A stretch of DNA of 56,794 nucleotides, counting the filler, from Sphacelaria rigidula (taxonomy: Eukaryota): NCBI GenBank assembly GCA_964200075.2. It is 7 parts of 7 records of this genome, joined end to end, with 100 filler letters (N's around TTAATTAATTAA, not from the genome) between each part and the next. Parts side by side here need not be neighbours in the genome. Positions count along the whole stretch, not along the records: positions 8,129 to 16,156 come from CAXNAA020012584.1; positions 16,257 to 24,284 come from CAXNAA020012585.1; positions 24,385 to 32,412 come from CAXNAA020012586.1; 4 more parts are not named here. One strand, given 5' to 3'. The notes under the pieces were generated by a model. It ran no database searches. It saw nothing but the letters and a program-made list of their open reading frames with translations, and was not told the origin of the DNA. The first letter of the stretch is position 1; each line of letters begins with the position of its first letter. Below, piece after piece: positions 12,256-24,456 of this stretch. A program made the position numbers and the translations under genes.

Positions 12256-15200
12256 ATTGTCCAGTTATCGGAAGGCCTTTACCCGCGCAATTTTCACCTG
12301 CTGAAGTGGAACAAAACCTCTGTCATTCATGAGGTACCTTGTAGGTGTCACCTCCAGGCTACCAAAAAAACATCTTTGTCACGACCGCGTACGGCGATGG
12401 CGCATATAAGGCTGTCGAAGAGCCGCCAATACTTTCATTTCGCCAAAACCTGGGGGTTCTCTTCATTTTCGTCACTTCTGCGCTAGTGTTCGTCGGAGAA
12501 CATGCACCCTGTAGTGTGCATCTGTATAATGGTCAGGCAACCACGCATACCGAGCAGTTGTAACATGAACGCCGATGACCCCGTGTCGTTTGGCGATGGA
12601 ATTCTCGCAACAGGAGGTATACGAACTATATGGAGCCCGGAATATTGGCATACAATCCGCTCGGGCAATGAAATTCGTGACAAGTCACACTGTACGATTC
12701 TGACACCTCAAAACACAGCGCGCTACTCCAGTTGACGCAAGGTTGACGGTCAACTCGTTGCCGGTCGAAATTTATGATCAGGACAGAACTGATAACACGT
12801 CGATTTTTGTGAGGCACATTCAAAAGTACGTGAGGGGGGAAGGTTCCAATTCCTCTTCTAAAATGCTTTTGAGTCCGAATTCGCGGAGCTAGATGCGCAA
12901 GGAAAACTTGGAGACCTTCAGAGGAGGGTCCATGGAACGTCGTACCTTCTCAGGGCGACACAATTGGGTCTTTGCTTCTCAAAACAAGCCAAGCGAGTCA
13001 TAATGCTCCTACATAAGCAGCCTCAATGGCACCCCACATTAGAGGTTTCCAGTCTGTCTTTGGTGGGACCAAGCGTACACTGCAACGGCACTCGAGTGTC
13101 TGTCGACGGCAACATGCACAAACAGGGGCAATCGTGAATCGCGAGAGATGGGGCAGTATTAATAAAAACACTACAACTTGGGGGCGTTCCCTAGCAGGTA
13201 TCTGCCGTCCCGAAGGTTCTGGAAATATGTAGGTGAGGGGTGGTGAGAAGTTCTCCCTTGATTACCCAGATGACACGTAATAGCCAGAAACACCTGCAAC
13301 CGGTATGTCACTGGTGAAACATGGGTAAAAACAGACTGCCGAAATCCAAAACTAGTCGGTTATCCCTTTCTTTATCTTTTTTCAGCAATGCCTCTGCGGC
13401 ACAGACAGAGAAATGGCGCATGAAACAGAAGCCACCCTCCTGTCTCCCCCTCCCCTGCAGTTATCACCTACAAGAAAAATGGTGGGAAGAATGGTAGCCG
13501 GTCAGCACACGCACGGACCATAAGTAGCTACCCCGGCTCGTCGAGACAGGACAGAGCGCCAATACCGTAACTCCAACCGTTTTCCCAACCAAGCCTGGAC
13601 AAAACAACACCCTGCCTCCAATCCTCGTTTGTGCAGAGCAACGGCGTTCACCGCCATCAATCAGCAAACGAAAGATATTCGGAATGCGTGCTGTGCCGCA
13701 TCTGGAGGGCCGTGAGGGTAGACTGTGCCCGCTATCGTGTCACGTGCGGGAGACGACTCTTGACTGGAGAAGTATTTGAATCCTCGTTTCGTAGGACGAG
13801 AGGGCAGAACGGAAGAATCATGTGAGGGTTAACACCGACAAAATTCATTGCAACTCAATCGCAAAAAGGCCTGGGACGGTTCAACATTCGCCATGCGCAT
13901 TTCTCATCATCACAGCATCTCGTGAGCCGACGGGTTCCATCACCATCTGCCATGCACACTCAATCTATACTCCTTGTTGGAGTTCGTGGGGGTCAGTTCC
14001 TCATCCATGAGTCATGCTACGACAGGGGGGAGGTGTTCGATTCCACGAAAAAAATGGCTCATAGGTGCGTCAGATGACCCCATATACTCGCGATGCGCTT
14101 GTATTTGGGTGATAGCGATGTCAAAAAAGCGTTATAAATCGGAACCAAGCGCGTTCGAACTACCGTTGCTGCTATCAACGACGATTGCAAGTAGAATTTC
14201 GTGGGAGAAAGCGACCCAAACTACTCCCCCCTATCGTAGCATGACTCCCAACAGTCCGATCTTCGTCCTACATCAACCTACTCGTGTCTCTCAGCATAAC
14301 CTGTCCTACCCACGGTTTGACAAGACGTGATAATACATGTCGTGGTAGCCGACAGGGCAAGCTGCTATTGCTCGTGCACCGCTGGTCATGGGCAACGCGA
14401 TAGTCTATCATTCGCACATTTTCTTCCTCGAGGAACAGTACATTCACCATGGGAACAACATCAGGAAACTGACACAATTTTACCACTACTACTCGTCCAT
14501 CGGACGATCCCCTTCCCCTCCCCCCCCCTGATCCCAGTGCTGGCACGAGCCAAGCAGAGCTGGATCTGCACACCATTCGCTCTTGGTTGTGCCCCCAGGT
14601 TTATCACCCATCCGTATACTTTGTCAAAGCACATCCCAGCAGATCCGCCGTCTTGTGTGGATCATATTACCGGTGAACCTTCTTTGTTTGACACGCGCCA
14701 CCTTCATCCCGCCGATTTCGATCGCGGCCAGTATTAGCGATGGATGTGCTTGAGTAGATGGACTCACGGCAACTGACGGCACCATAATAATTTCGCGTGA
14801 CGTTCTAAAAGCGGATACATGTGCTCGGGCTACTCGCGCTGTTGAACAACCCGTCAAACGGGAGGCAAAGCAAGTCGAGATGCAAAGAAACGGGCGCCCG
14901 TGACTTCTGCATAGCCATCGGAGACACAGGGCACGCACGATAGCCTAAACTGGAGCGCACTCCACGCGCGCCTTCATGAATGATCTCAAAGGATATTGTA
15001 TAAGCTAGGCCAGCCTAAATCAGGTTTACACCGTCACAGCCAAATCTTATCGACGCAGACGGGTTGGGCCGTGATTCGGACGACATGTTCGTCCAATCAT
15101 GGGGCAGATGCCCATCTACTCAACAGCTGGGTCAGATGCTTCTTCGTTGATTAAACGCCCAATCAGGTAAATCCCCTGACGTAAGAAGATAAATCGATGC

Positions 15201-16889
15201 TAAATTCTATTCAAAACCTTTTTTTAGTATAATGAGAGGCGCTGACTTTTCGGTGTGGTCATTCCTTGGGGCACGGGGAAACGACTGGTACCCTGACCTT
15301 GACCTAACTCGCTATCTTTCGCGAGATATGGCTTTGGAAAATTTCCGTACGAAATGTAATGCATTACACTAAATGCACTAGTCTGGATTGTGCAGCTTGG
15401 AATTGAGAGTTGTGCTTCAAACTTTGGCGTGGAGAATCACAAGGGCATGATGAGAGACGTTTCGGTGAGATGAACAAGGAGAAGAGTGAGGGTACAGCGC
15501 ACAGGGACACACACCCAGCAGTTACAAGAGCCTTTGCTCAGTAGGAAGATATATTATTTTATCAACTCGCCTGTGTTCGCCTTTCAAGTCAAGCCATGGT
15601 CATTTTCCACTCTTGCATGTGACTAGCGTCATGAGAACAGTTTAATAAAACGACCGTCATGTCATATATTCGCTTTGTGCAGTTGAATGTGACACTTGAC
15701 ATATTCACAGGACGTCTATTCATACGCCAAACCGCTGTGACATGGCCATATCGCCAGGTCAGTAGAGTGGATAAATACGTACGAGACTCGGCATCGGAAA
15801 CTTTGCAATGTATTACCTTAATAAATGTGAGAACTATCATAAAATCGCAGTTTTAAGGGGAAATGTTCAACTTCCACCATGAAAATATGTACAGATATTC
15901 CGATACATGGTTAATCTGTTCTCTGAGCGCATGAACAGTTGTCACCAGTCGAAGAGAGAACTCACTCAATGGGGAAGTTTAATGTAGTACTTTTTGTTCG
16001 ATTTCGAAAGCTCTGCAACCGGCCGACATTGAAAGAAGAGCTAGACCGCTCGTGGGAAATACGTCCTGACTTCGTGTTGTCGGCACAAGACGGGGGGAAA
16101 GATCGTTGCCACACGGGGGAGTATGGGTAGTACGCTTGTTTTATTCCAGCAACGCANNNNNNNNNNNNNNNNNNNNNNNNNNNNNNNNNNNNNNNNNNNN
16201 TTAATTAATTAANNNNNNNNNNNNNNNNNNNNNNNNNNNNNNNNNNNNNNNNNNNNCCAATTTCAGCCGTTTTCGTTTGGCTAATTCCGCCGCACATGGT
16301 GCCCTCAACTCTCTACACTTTCGCACTTGACTACAGTTTGGTATTTCGTTCGTCGGATCGCGGTGCTACATGGATTTGAAGACTAGCGCTGATTTGCCGA
16401 TTACCACGATGTATCATAGTAGGCACAACTCGCAGTACATCGTTAGTGAAAACGCACTGAAGGAAAGTGAGCCTCGTAGGCGGCCCAACCTGTACATGTT
16501 CACAGTGTTCTGCAAGGCATCGGCAGAGGGATAGGCGAAACTCATGGCGATAGCTCCTCTTGTCTTTCCACGGCCCGTCTGGGTTTAGTGCCTCGTGAAA
16601 ATGACCACATTGTGGCATGTACACTCCTTCCCGGTTTTTCCCAATCCACCCTGTGTTAATGTAATCACTACGTTTCAGTATAGGCTGGCGACCCAGAAAA
16701 ACTCCCGGGAAATCCCGGGAACGCTATTCTGGGTGTAAGTAATACTATAAGCCATGCTCCGAGCATCCTAGCTTTGGAAACCTGGGAAGGCTTATCTAGG
16801 CCAGGGATAAGGCCCCCACAAGATCTGTGCAGTGACATCACACTCGGCAACAGTCCCCGCGCTGGTCGTTCGCGTCTGGTCGATAAAGT

Positions 16890-17022
16890 TTGGACTCGAG
16901 CACACGAATCATTGCTCGCTGTGAAAAAAGTAATGACCCGAGCACACGAGTCATGCTTGTTGTGTTTTCAAAAAATATCCACGAGTGCACTCGTTTCGAC
17001 GAGTAATGACTCGTCCGACGTG
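16890..17022 (+). mobile_element. Right-end fragment of the CACGTCGGACGAGT-TIR element family (full copy at 43375-43949)
   Basis: Near-identical terminus ATCCACGAGTGCACTCGTTTCG.CGAGTAATGACTCGTCCGACGTG plus two degenerate tandem units. Confidence 0.75.
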
Positions 17023-17606
17023 TTCAACTTATCGTCGTTTCCTTTCCTCGCTATGGATGCACTTGATTTACGACCACGTCCTTCTGATGGAGAAACCACG
17101 ACGTGGAGGGAGATATAAGACAACACCGCACTGTATTTTACAACTTTTGTACTGCATTCTACTACTGCTGTACCGTGCGTTTTATTTCGACTCTGCCGTT
17201 TCCCCTTGGGTAGGGTCATCTGTGTTGCATCGGCATAATTTTGACTTCAAGATGGATAATGTACAGATAGTACAGCCGTGAGCAATGCACCTGGGCAGTT
17301 TTTGTGATGTCCGCAGAAGGCCTTCCGGGGTTCTCTTGGAACCGATCGGACGGATCCTTTGTTTGTGACTGGCTTGCTTGATTTGCTCATCAGGAAGCGG
17401 CGGGACACCTCTTGGGAAAACTTCCTCTCTGTTTTGTGAGCGATTCGCGCGCCTACCTCTACTGTGTGCCGTGGACGTGCGAATCCAAGTATTGTGCTAT
17501 CGTTCACATATTTCCCTCCGCCTTATTAGTGCTTTGTTCCCCCATGTGGGCAGATCCACATCTCGTGCAAAATCGTGTAGATGACTGTACTGTATGTTCG
17601 TTAGAG

Positions 17607-19379
17607 GAATTTCACCACCAGACCAAGTCGTATGACTGTGACTACTTGGTTCGAACAAAATGAGTGTTTTTTGGACTCGAAATCCCCTGGACGCGATCCT
17701 CCGGGTTGCCCCTCGCCGGCGCTGCAGGTGACGAGATGCAGTGCCGATACCGTCTTTTCACGACTATGGAAAAAGTCTTTCCTCGGCTATTTTCGACTTT
17801 TAGAAAGAGTGGACTCACCGAGAATCGAACTCATATATATTATTACGGAAGACGGGAATCCATCACTAGACCAAACGGGAAGCGCTTGTCTAGTATAGTC
17901 GTCCGTTGCTTTTTTTTGTTAGAGGGGTTTCACCACTAGACCAAGCAGACACAAGACCAAGAAGTCAGTGCTGACTACTCGGTCTCTAATGGTGGTGGGT
18001 TTCTCTCCTCCCTGGTAGTGAACCCGAGTTCCATTCTCGGTGAGCCCACTCTTTCCAAAAGTCGATGACAGTCGAGGAAAGATCTTTCCTGTAGTCGTGG
18101 AAATACGTTAGAAGCGCTGGGTCTCGACAGCTGCAGCGTTGTCCAGGGGAAACCAGGAGGATCGCGTCAAGGGACTCTCGGTCTCGAGAGAACCTTTTTT
18201 TCGTCAGGGGAATTTCACCACTAAATCAAGTACTCAGCGTGTTCACTCTTTCCAAAAGGGGAAAATAGTTGAGGGAGGATCTCTCCCATGGTCATGGGAA
18301 GACGTTAGAGGCGCTGGATCTTGTCAGCTTCAGCGTTGGCGACGGGAGAAGCGGAGCATCGAGTCGAGGGGCTTTCGAATTCGAAAATACTCCTTTTGTG
18401 TGCTGAAGGTATTTCATCGCTAGACCTACTCCAGTCAGCCGCTGACTACTTGGTCTAGCGATGAAATACCTTTAAGGAACGAAGTAGGGACCGCGTTCGA
18501 TTGTCTACACGACCACTATTTTCAAAAGTCGAAAAAAATCGAGGAAGATCTTTTCCATAGTCGTGGAACGACGTTAGAGGTACTGGATCTTGTCAGCGCA
18601 GTGCTGGCGAGGGAAATCTGATCCACGCGTCGAGGGGCTCTCGAGCTCAAAAACAAAAGGAGTGACGATACTACGCTTCTGTTTTCACCCACGAGCCGAG
18701 TCGGTTGATGTGAGGACGTTTACACTAAGTTGATGAATGGAAAGAATGAGTGACTGTGCTCTCTCTATTAACGTGTTCAACGTTACCCTGATCATAATAA
18801 CCAACCCATGGTTGGTAGTATGATGTCTGGTTGCGTTGCATGTCACCGTGTGCATCGAGGCTAGCGCTGAGGGAGCGATCCAGTCTGTACCCAAACACGA
18901 GTGAAGGAGCCAGCAAGCTAGCATCCATGGAGCAGCGAGACTCCACTACATACTATGCTGGAGCTGTCTTTGTACTATGATAGCTGACTACTTGGTCTAG
19001 TGGTGGATTTATCTCTTTCGTAAAAATGAACTCGAGTTCGATTCTCGGTGTGTCCGCTCTTCCCCATAGCCACAGTCGAGGAAATATCCAAGGGCAGGCC
19101 GGGTAGGGTGTACCCGATATTTTGGTATTTGATACGTTGTTTATCACCTGAGTCAGTCAAAAATACTTGTGTGGGTTTTGGAGAAGGGAACAACAGCGCT
19201 GGGCGGATGGCTGGTCCATGGCATGGGTTGGATCCTCACTTTTCAAAATACCAAACTATCGGGTAAACCCTACCCGACCCGCCCATGGAAATATGTTTGC
19301 CATGGTCCAGGAAAGACGTTAGAGCCACCGGATCTTGTCAGCCGTAGCGTTGGCGAGGGTCAACCCGGAGGATCACATC
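17607..19379. repeat. Cluster of ~5 diverged ~230-260-bp units in both orientations, with TIR-like ends and tRNA-like A/B boxes
   Basis: Units at about 17640-17876 (-), 17970-18232, 18236-18436, 18436-18655 and 18982-19379 (+). They share GCTGACTACTTGGTCTAGTGGTG ends and an AAAAGTCGA...GTCGTGGAA.ACGTTAGAG core. Confidence 0.75.
19089..19287. mobile_element. hAT-like MITE nested in the repeat above
   Basis: TIRs of ~40 bp, CAAGGGCAGGCCGGGTAGGGTGTACCCGATA / TATCGGGTAAACCCTACCCGACCCGCCCATG. 8-bp TSD GAAATATC/GAAATATG. The host repeat resumes after it. Confidence 0.7.
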
Positions 19380-20820
19380 TTCCTGGGCGGCAATCCGAGA
19401 TGTTTGCGCATGGATCCTGGGCTCACCTAGAGAGGAAGCCTGATTTAGATGACCCTGACCGGATTGCAAGACATCCCGTGAGGGGTGCTATGTTGAATCT
19501 CAAAGGGTGACGAGTCGCTCTGAGACCCGAGCGCGGGTCCAAGAGCAAAGTTTGAAGTGCGTTGCGGCCTCAAGGGGGGTTTCGGTTTTGATGCCAGTTT
19601 CATTCACTGTACGGGAGATCCACGACGAGTGGTGGTTGATGGTGACCAAATTTCGATGACCGACGATGTTCTCCGTGGGAAACCATGTGTCCATCGCAAT
19701 GTGGGGCATTCGCAGCAATGTCAGCGTGGTTCCCAACAGTCGGATCCTGGGCGGTTACATCGCGTATATAGTTGAGGGTGGCGACTGTCAAGAGAAAGCC
19801 TTGCGCTCTATTTCCTCATGTAGGTACAACCGCTTTGTGAGAGTCGATGTGTCGTGTCCCCAGCAGTTTCAGGATAGATGTCAACGTTGGTGTGCCCAAA
19901 AGAAGGAAAATAATGCAAGAAGTATGTCATTTGATTATCTGCACTGTACTTCGTGTCGTCCCACTGAAATAAAATACAAAATGTCGTAGCTCATGCAACC
20001 AGAAGTTCGAGCTATGGGCTGTAGCCTTCAAATACATCCATACGCATGCAACCAAAAGCTCGAACTAAGGGCTGCAGTACTTGAAAATACTACAGTCCAA
20101 TCCTTGTGCCCCGAATGAGACCTGGTTTCGCTACTACTCCAACCCCTAATGCACCTTTTTTATTTTGGAACTGATTCAGCACAAACTAGTAACGCCTCCG
20201 AAAACCCGGCTCGTCACACGACGCAGCAGGTTCCTGGAACGGAAACTTGCGCGTACTTCCAGAATTTGTTGTGCGTTATCCGCATCTCTCTGGTCATTCG
20301 AACATCAATGGAGGGGCCTCCGGTTGGATCTCGACAACTCAGTACGACAATCGGATAACGGACAATGATTTTTGGAAGTACGCGCAACTACCTGTTCCAG
20401 GAACATACTGCGTCGCCATCATCAACGATATTCGCGATGTAACCGCCCAGGATTCGACTGTTGGGAACCACGCTGACGTTGCTGCGAATGCTCCACATTG
20501 CGATGGACACATGGTTTCCCACGGAGAACATCGTCGGTCATCGAAATTTGGTCACCGTCATCGATCACCACTCGTCGTGGATCTCTCGTACAGTGAGTGA
20601 AACTGGCATCAAAACCGAAACCGCCCTTGAGGCCGCAACGCATTTCAACCTTTGCCCTCGAACCCTCGCTCGGGTCTCAGAGCGACTTGTCACCCTTTGA
20701 GATTCAACATAGCACCCCTTACGGAATGTCTTGCAATCCGGTCAGGGTCATCTAAATCAGGCTTCCTCTCTAGGTGAGCCCAGGATCCATGCGCAAACAT
20801 CTCGGATTGCCGCCCAGGAA
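19380..20820. repeat. Long inverted repeat (arms ~19380-19785 and ~20412-20820, ~630-bp spacer)
   Basis: The arms are clear reverse complements over ~400 bp, and the ORF track gives near-identical peptides on opposite strands. Confidence 0.92.
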
Positions 20821-23800
20821 TCCCTCTAACGAACCCAGTAAGCATGATGTGGGGGAAAACTATCTTTGTACGGGGTCAACACGAAACGCGCAGGCGCCAA
20901 GCCTTCCCTTTCTTGAGAACGAGGAATGATAAACGGGTCGCAATATGATATACTCTTGGATTCAAGGGGGCTTCTCACGACAATCAGGTTATCCGAGTTT
21001 GGATTGCAAGTCAAGTTTGTGTTCCAAAAGTTGAGAAAACACAACCAGATGACAACTTGAGCCCAAGTTCAACGTGCCCTGTACAGAGGGTACGGCGCTC
21101 TCTTGTACTGATATCTTTACTTTACGTTAGTGCCTTTGGCATGTACAGGTTTGGAACGGGTGCGCGGAGGGTAGAGTAGCGCTCTGTTTCTTCCGATTTG
21201 ACTTCCCCTTTAATTGTCGAGCGGGAGGTTGGGGTTACTTTTCAGGCATTTTTTCGATAGTTATCTGGTAAAAGGGACGTCCGCTGTGTACATGTGTGTA
21301 TTCTGTCGTAACGATGCACGCGTTCACGCGCAGAATTTGTCCGACTCGAACTTCCAACAGGCAGCAGCGATGCACGCGCAGTCGACTTCACGCTACAAAA
21401 CCGTATCGTTACAATTTCATCACGTTTCGATGCCCCGCCTGTATCAAACCCCTCGTCGAAGTCCATCCTGATCCTCGAGCGGCCCCGTCGTTGCTTTCTG
21501 TACCGTCGCGTGTACGCCTCTGTGGTGTTGGGACCAATCGATGCACCTCGATCGCGACAAACAATCGACGGCCAAACCTCGCTGGAACAGTCAACATGGG
21601 CGGCGTGGGCGAGCGTTTTTTTCTGCATGTCGAGCCTGGGCAACATCAAGTCCAACGAAGTCGACCTGAAGCAAGTAGCATGCTCCGTCATGTGAGTTCG
21701 AACAGGGGATTTACATCTTGCAGTGATACGAAAGAAAGCACGGTATGATATGGGCCGACTATTTACCACGGCCAAGGCCTGAAATGTGCTGTTCCCGTTG
21801 GGTGTCAGACAAGGACTGGGTCTCTGAAATCGTATGCGTTGCCTCACAGAAAAGTATCATCGTTCGCTCGGCGTCTGATTGGAACTAGGACTAACGTTTA
21901 ACCGGGGGGTATTGCCATACCGTGATCTCGGAGGATCATGTACATGCCGCTGAGCCCCGGTACTGTCAATTAAAGTGGTTCGACTATCTCCATTAGGGTG
22001 GAGAGAACGTGAGTACAATTCCCGATGCGTTTGGTCTTTTCTTCCAAGTATCTGACTTCTACCGTCGAAGGCGTGAAACGTGAGTAATCAGAAATAAGCT
22101 GACTGAGGTTGTTTGACGAGAGTAGACGTGGTGCGGGAGTGCTTATTGTCATGACACAATGCCTGAGACCAAAGTCCAAGGCGTGTACCGGGGAGAAATG
22201 GGTTGATCCCTTTAGACCACGGACTTGTGCCGAGGATGGGGAGGACTTCAAAGTGCGAAAAAAAAAGAGTGCCTGTAATGTTATCAGTAGAGTATGTTAT
22301 CTGTTTACCCAAGAAAATCGGACTGTTTCAGAATGCGACCCTGTCTCGAGACAGCGTCGCCATGCCCCCGCTATTTTCGTTGACAGCCGGTTTATATTTT
22401 TGCATTTTGTACCACCCTGTGAATGTCGAACAGGCATTGGGTATAACCCCGCGTGTTGCTAGTGTGTACATCGGTCTGCATTACCCTCTCACGACGTTCT
22501 CTTTTGCTTTTCATCACTCTCATCCCACTCCACGCCCTTCATCCCGTAAACGCGCAACACGTCTACAGGTTCGCGGGAATGGGACTGTTCATGAACTACT
22601 TCAGTCCTGCTTCCAAGACCAGATGATGGGCAATGCAGCATCCCAATCTACCGGGGAAATGAAAAAATAGATGATGGATGATGGTACAGCCCCGCGAGCG
22701 AAAGAAGTTGGGACCGAGGAGTAGCCGGCCACCGCTGCACCCGATTTTGCAGACATGGGCGAGTAGTTTGAGTTCCACTGACGTGCCAGGTCTAGCGGGT
22801 GGGGGGTATTGATAGGTCTGCCGTTCGGGTCGGCCTTGGTATTCACGTGGCCTTGCAAACCGCAAGAGTAGCCTAGACTAGGAGGCTGTTTGAGTGGCAA
22901 AAAGGTCCATATCGGGTATATGGTGCAGCTCCCCTGTCGGTGACGATATTAGTAGGCATCTCTGCGCTATGCGGGGTCTTGATACGGCTTGCTCAACATG
23001 GTGAGACTGTTTGAAGAGATTCATTGGATATTAACTCGCTAAGTGGCATCAGGTAATGGTGCAAATTGCTGCGTCGTGCGAATAGTAAGGCAGTATGATG
23101 GTTCTCTTGTTGCGCTTCAGAGGGAAATCGTGGTGGTGGCGGGAATTTTGTAATTCGAAGCAGAGATGATTTTGTCTGTGCTACCCAGCACTGAGGGGAC
23201 GATGTGGATACCCGAACGTCCACGTGCCGCGTGCCGTTTTTGGTCGTGACGTAACCCGAAGTAAGGAAAGTCGCGCAGATCTACTTCGTACTCGTAGTGA
23301 AAGCGGTCGAATCCTTTGCGAGAAAGTGGCATCAGAAGAAAAAAACAACGAACACGCGAGGCAATTACGCACAAACGTTGTCACCTACGTTTTGGGTGGT
23401 GTAGTGTGTCCCGCTTTTTAGCACTTCCTAGCCCACGTTTTCACTGACGATCGCAAGTGTAAACCAACACAGGCCGGGTGCTGAGACGAGGACAAGTAGC
23501 ACTACAATGAGAACCCGCCCGGGCGAAATTTCTAGAGCAGAGCAAGGTCAAACAAGGTCAGAACGGATGAATGTTTGGCCATCGACAGAGCCCCAATCCA
23601 CGTATGGAGAGTTGAACCGTGAAACGTTCCAAACCCTGTACAACTATGACTCACTCTGTACTAAGAACTAACTTAATTAGTTGTTTATCGACCAACTGCC
23701 GACTAGTTGTTTCCAAACAACTAGTTGCGCACAATTTTGAGAGATTAGTTGTTTGGAAGCAATAAGTTGCACACGAGTCTGGAAGAGTACGAGCTGGGCC

Positions 23801-23994
23801 AGCTTAAAAGCGGCTTAAAGTTGCTCACACCACAGCTTTCCCAGTTTCCCGAATTATCCCGAGGTAAGCGTTTCACTGTGAAGTGCAGACCAACGTGGTA
23901 ACACACGGCACCGCCGCTAAACGAAAACAAGGAAAAAGAAAAATGTACTGCACACTAGGTGATCCCAACGACGGAAGGAGAAAAAACAGAGAAT

Positions 23995-24056
23995 CTGTCG
24001 GGATTCGAACTCATCCCTCCATCATTGGAGTTTCTCTTCACTTGAGTTATGGGGGT
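23995..24056 (-). repeat. tRNA-derived SINE-like head or tRNA pseudogene
   Basis: Minus strand: A-box-like TAACTCAAGTGAAGAG, stem CTCCA/TGGAG with only a 4-nt loop, B box GAGTTCGAATCCC. No acceptor stem. Confidence 0.45.
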
Positions 24057-24384
24057 GCAGCAGCGTCACGCAAAACGTTTCACGCACGGCCCAATTCGAC
24101 GACTCTTGAGCTGAAATTTTACGAAGACCTTCTGCACCCAAGGAAGTGATACATCCCGTGAGCAGCTGCGGTTTCTCATTTTTTCCCAGGACTTATGACT
24201 TTATCTTATGGGCAATGGTCTAGAAAAGGTATACCTTCTCGTTTTTTGCCTAAGAAAGGTACGAAAAATGACCAGAAACGCAAANNNNNNNNNNNNNNNN
24301 NNNNNNNNNNNNNNNNNNNNNNNNNNNNTTAATTAATTAANNNNNNNNNNNNNNNNNNNNNNNNNNNNNNNNNNNNNNNNNNNN

Positions 24385-24456
24385 GTGTGGGGAAAGCACT
24401 GTTTTAGGCTTGAGCCTCATCTCGAAGTTAAACCTCAATTCTCACAATTTGTTGTT
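24385..24456 (-). mobile_element. Terminus of an unidentified young repeat inserted into the Copia integrase region
   Basis: Exact reverse complement of 32343-32412. It truncates the Copia ORF after ...ISVTRH. Confidence 0.8.

Noticed and set aside
23995-24056. Functional tRNA gene
   Set aside because: The anticodon loop is only 4 nt and there is no acceptor stem; kept only as a tRNA-derived repeat.
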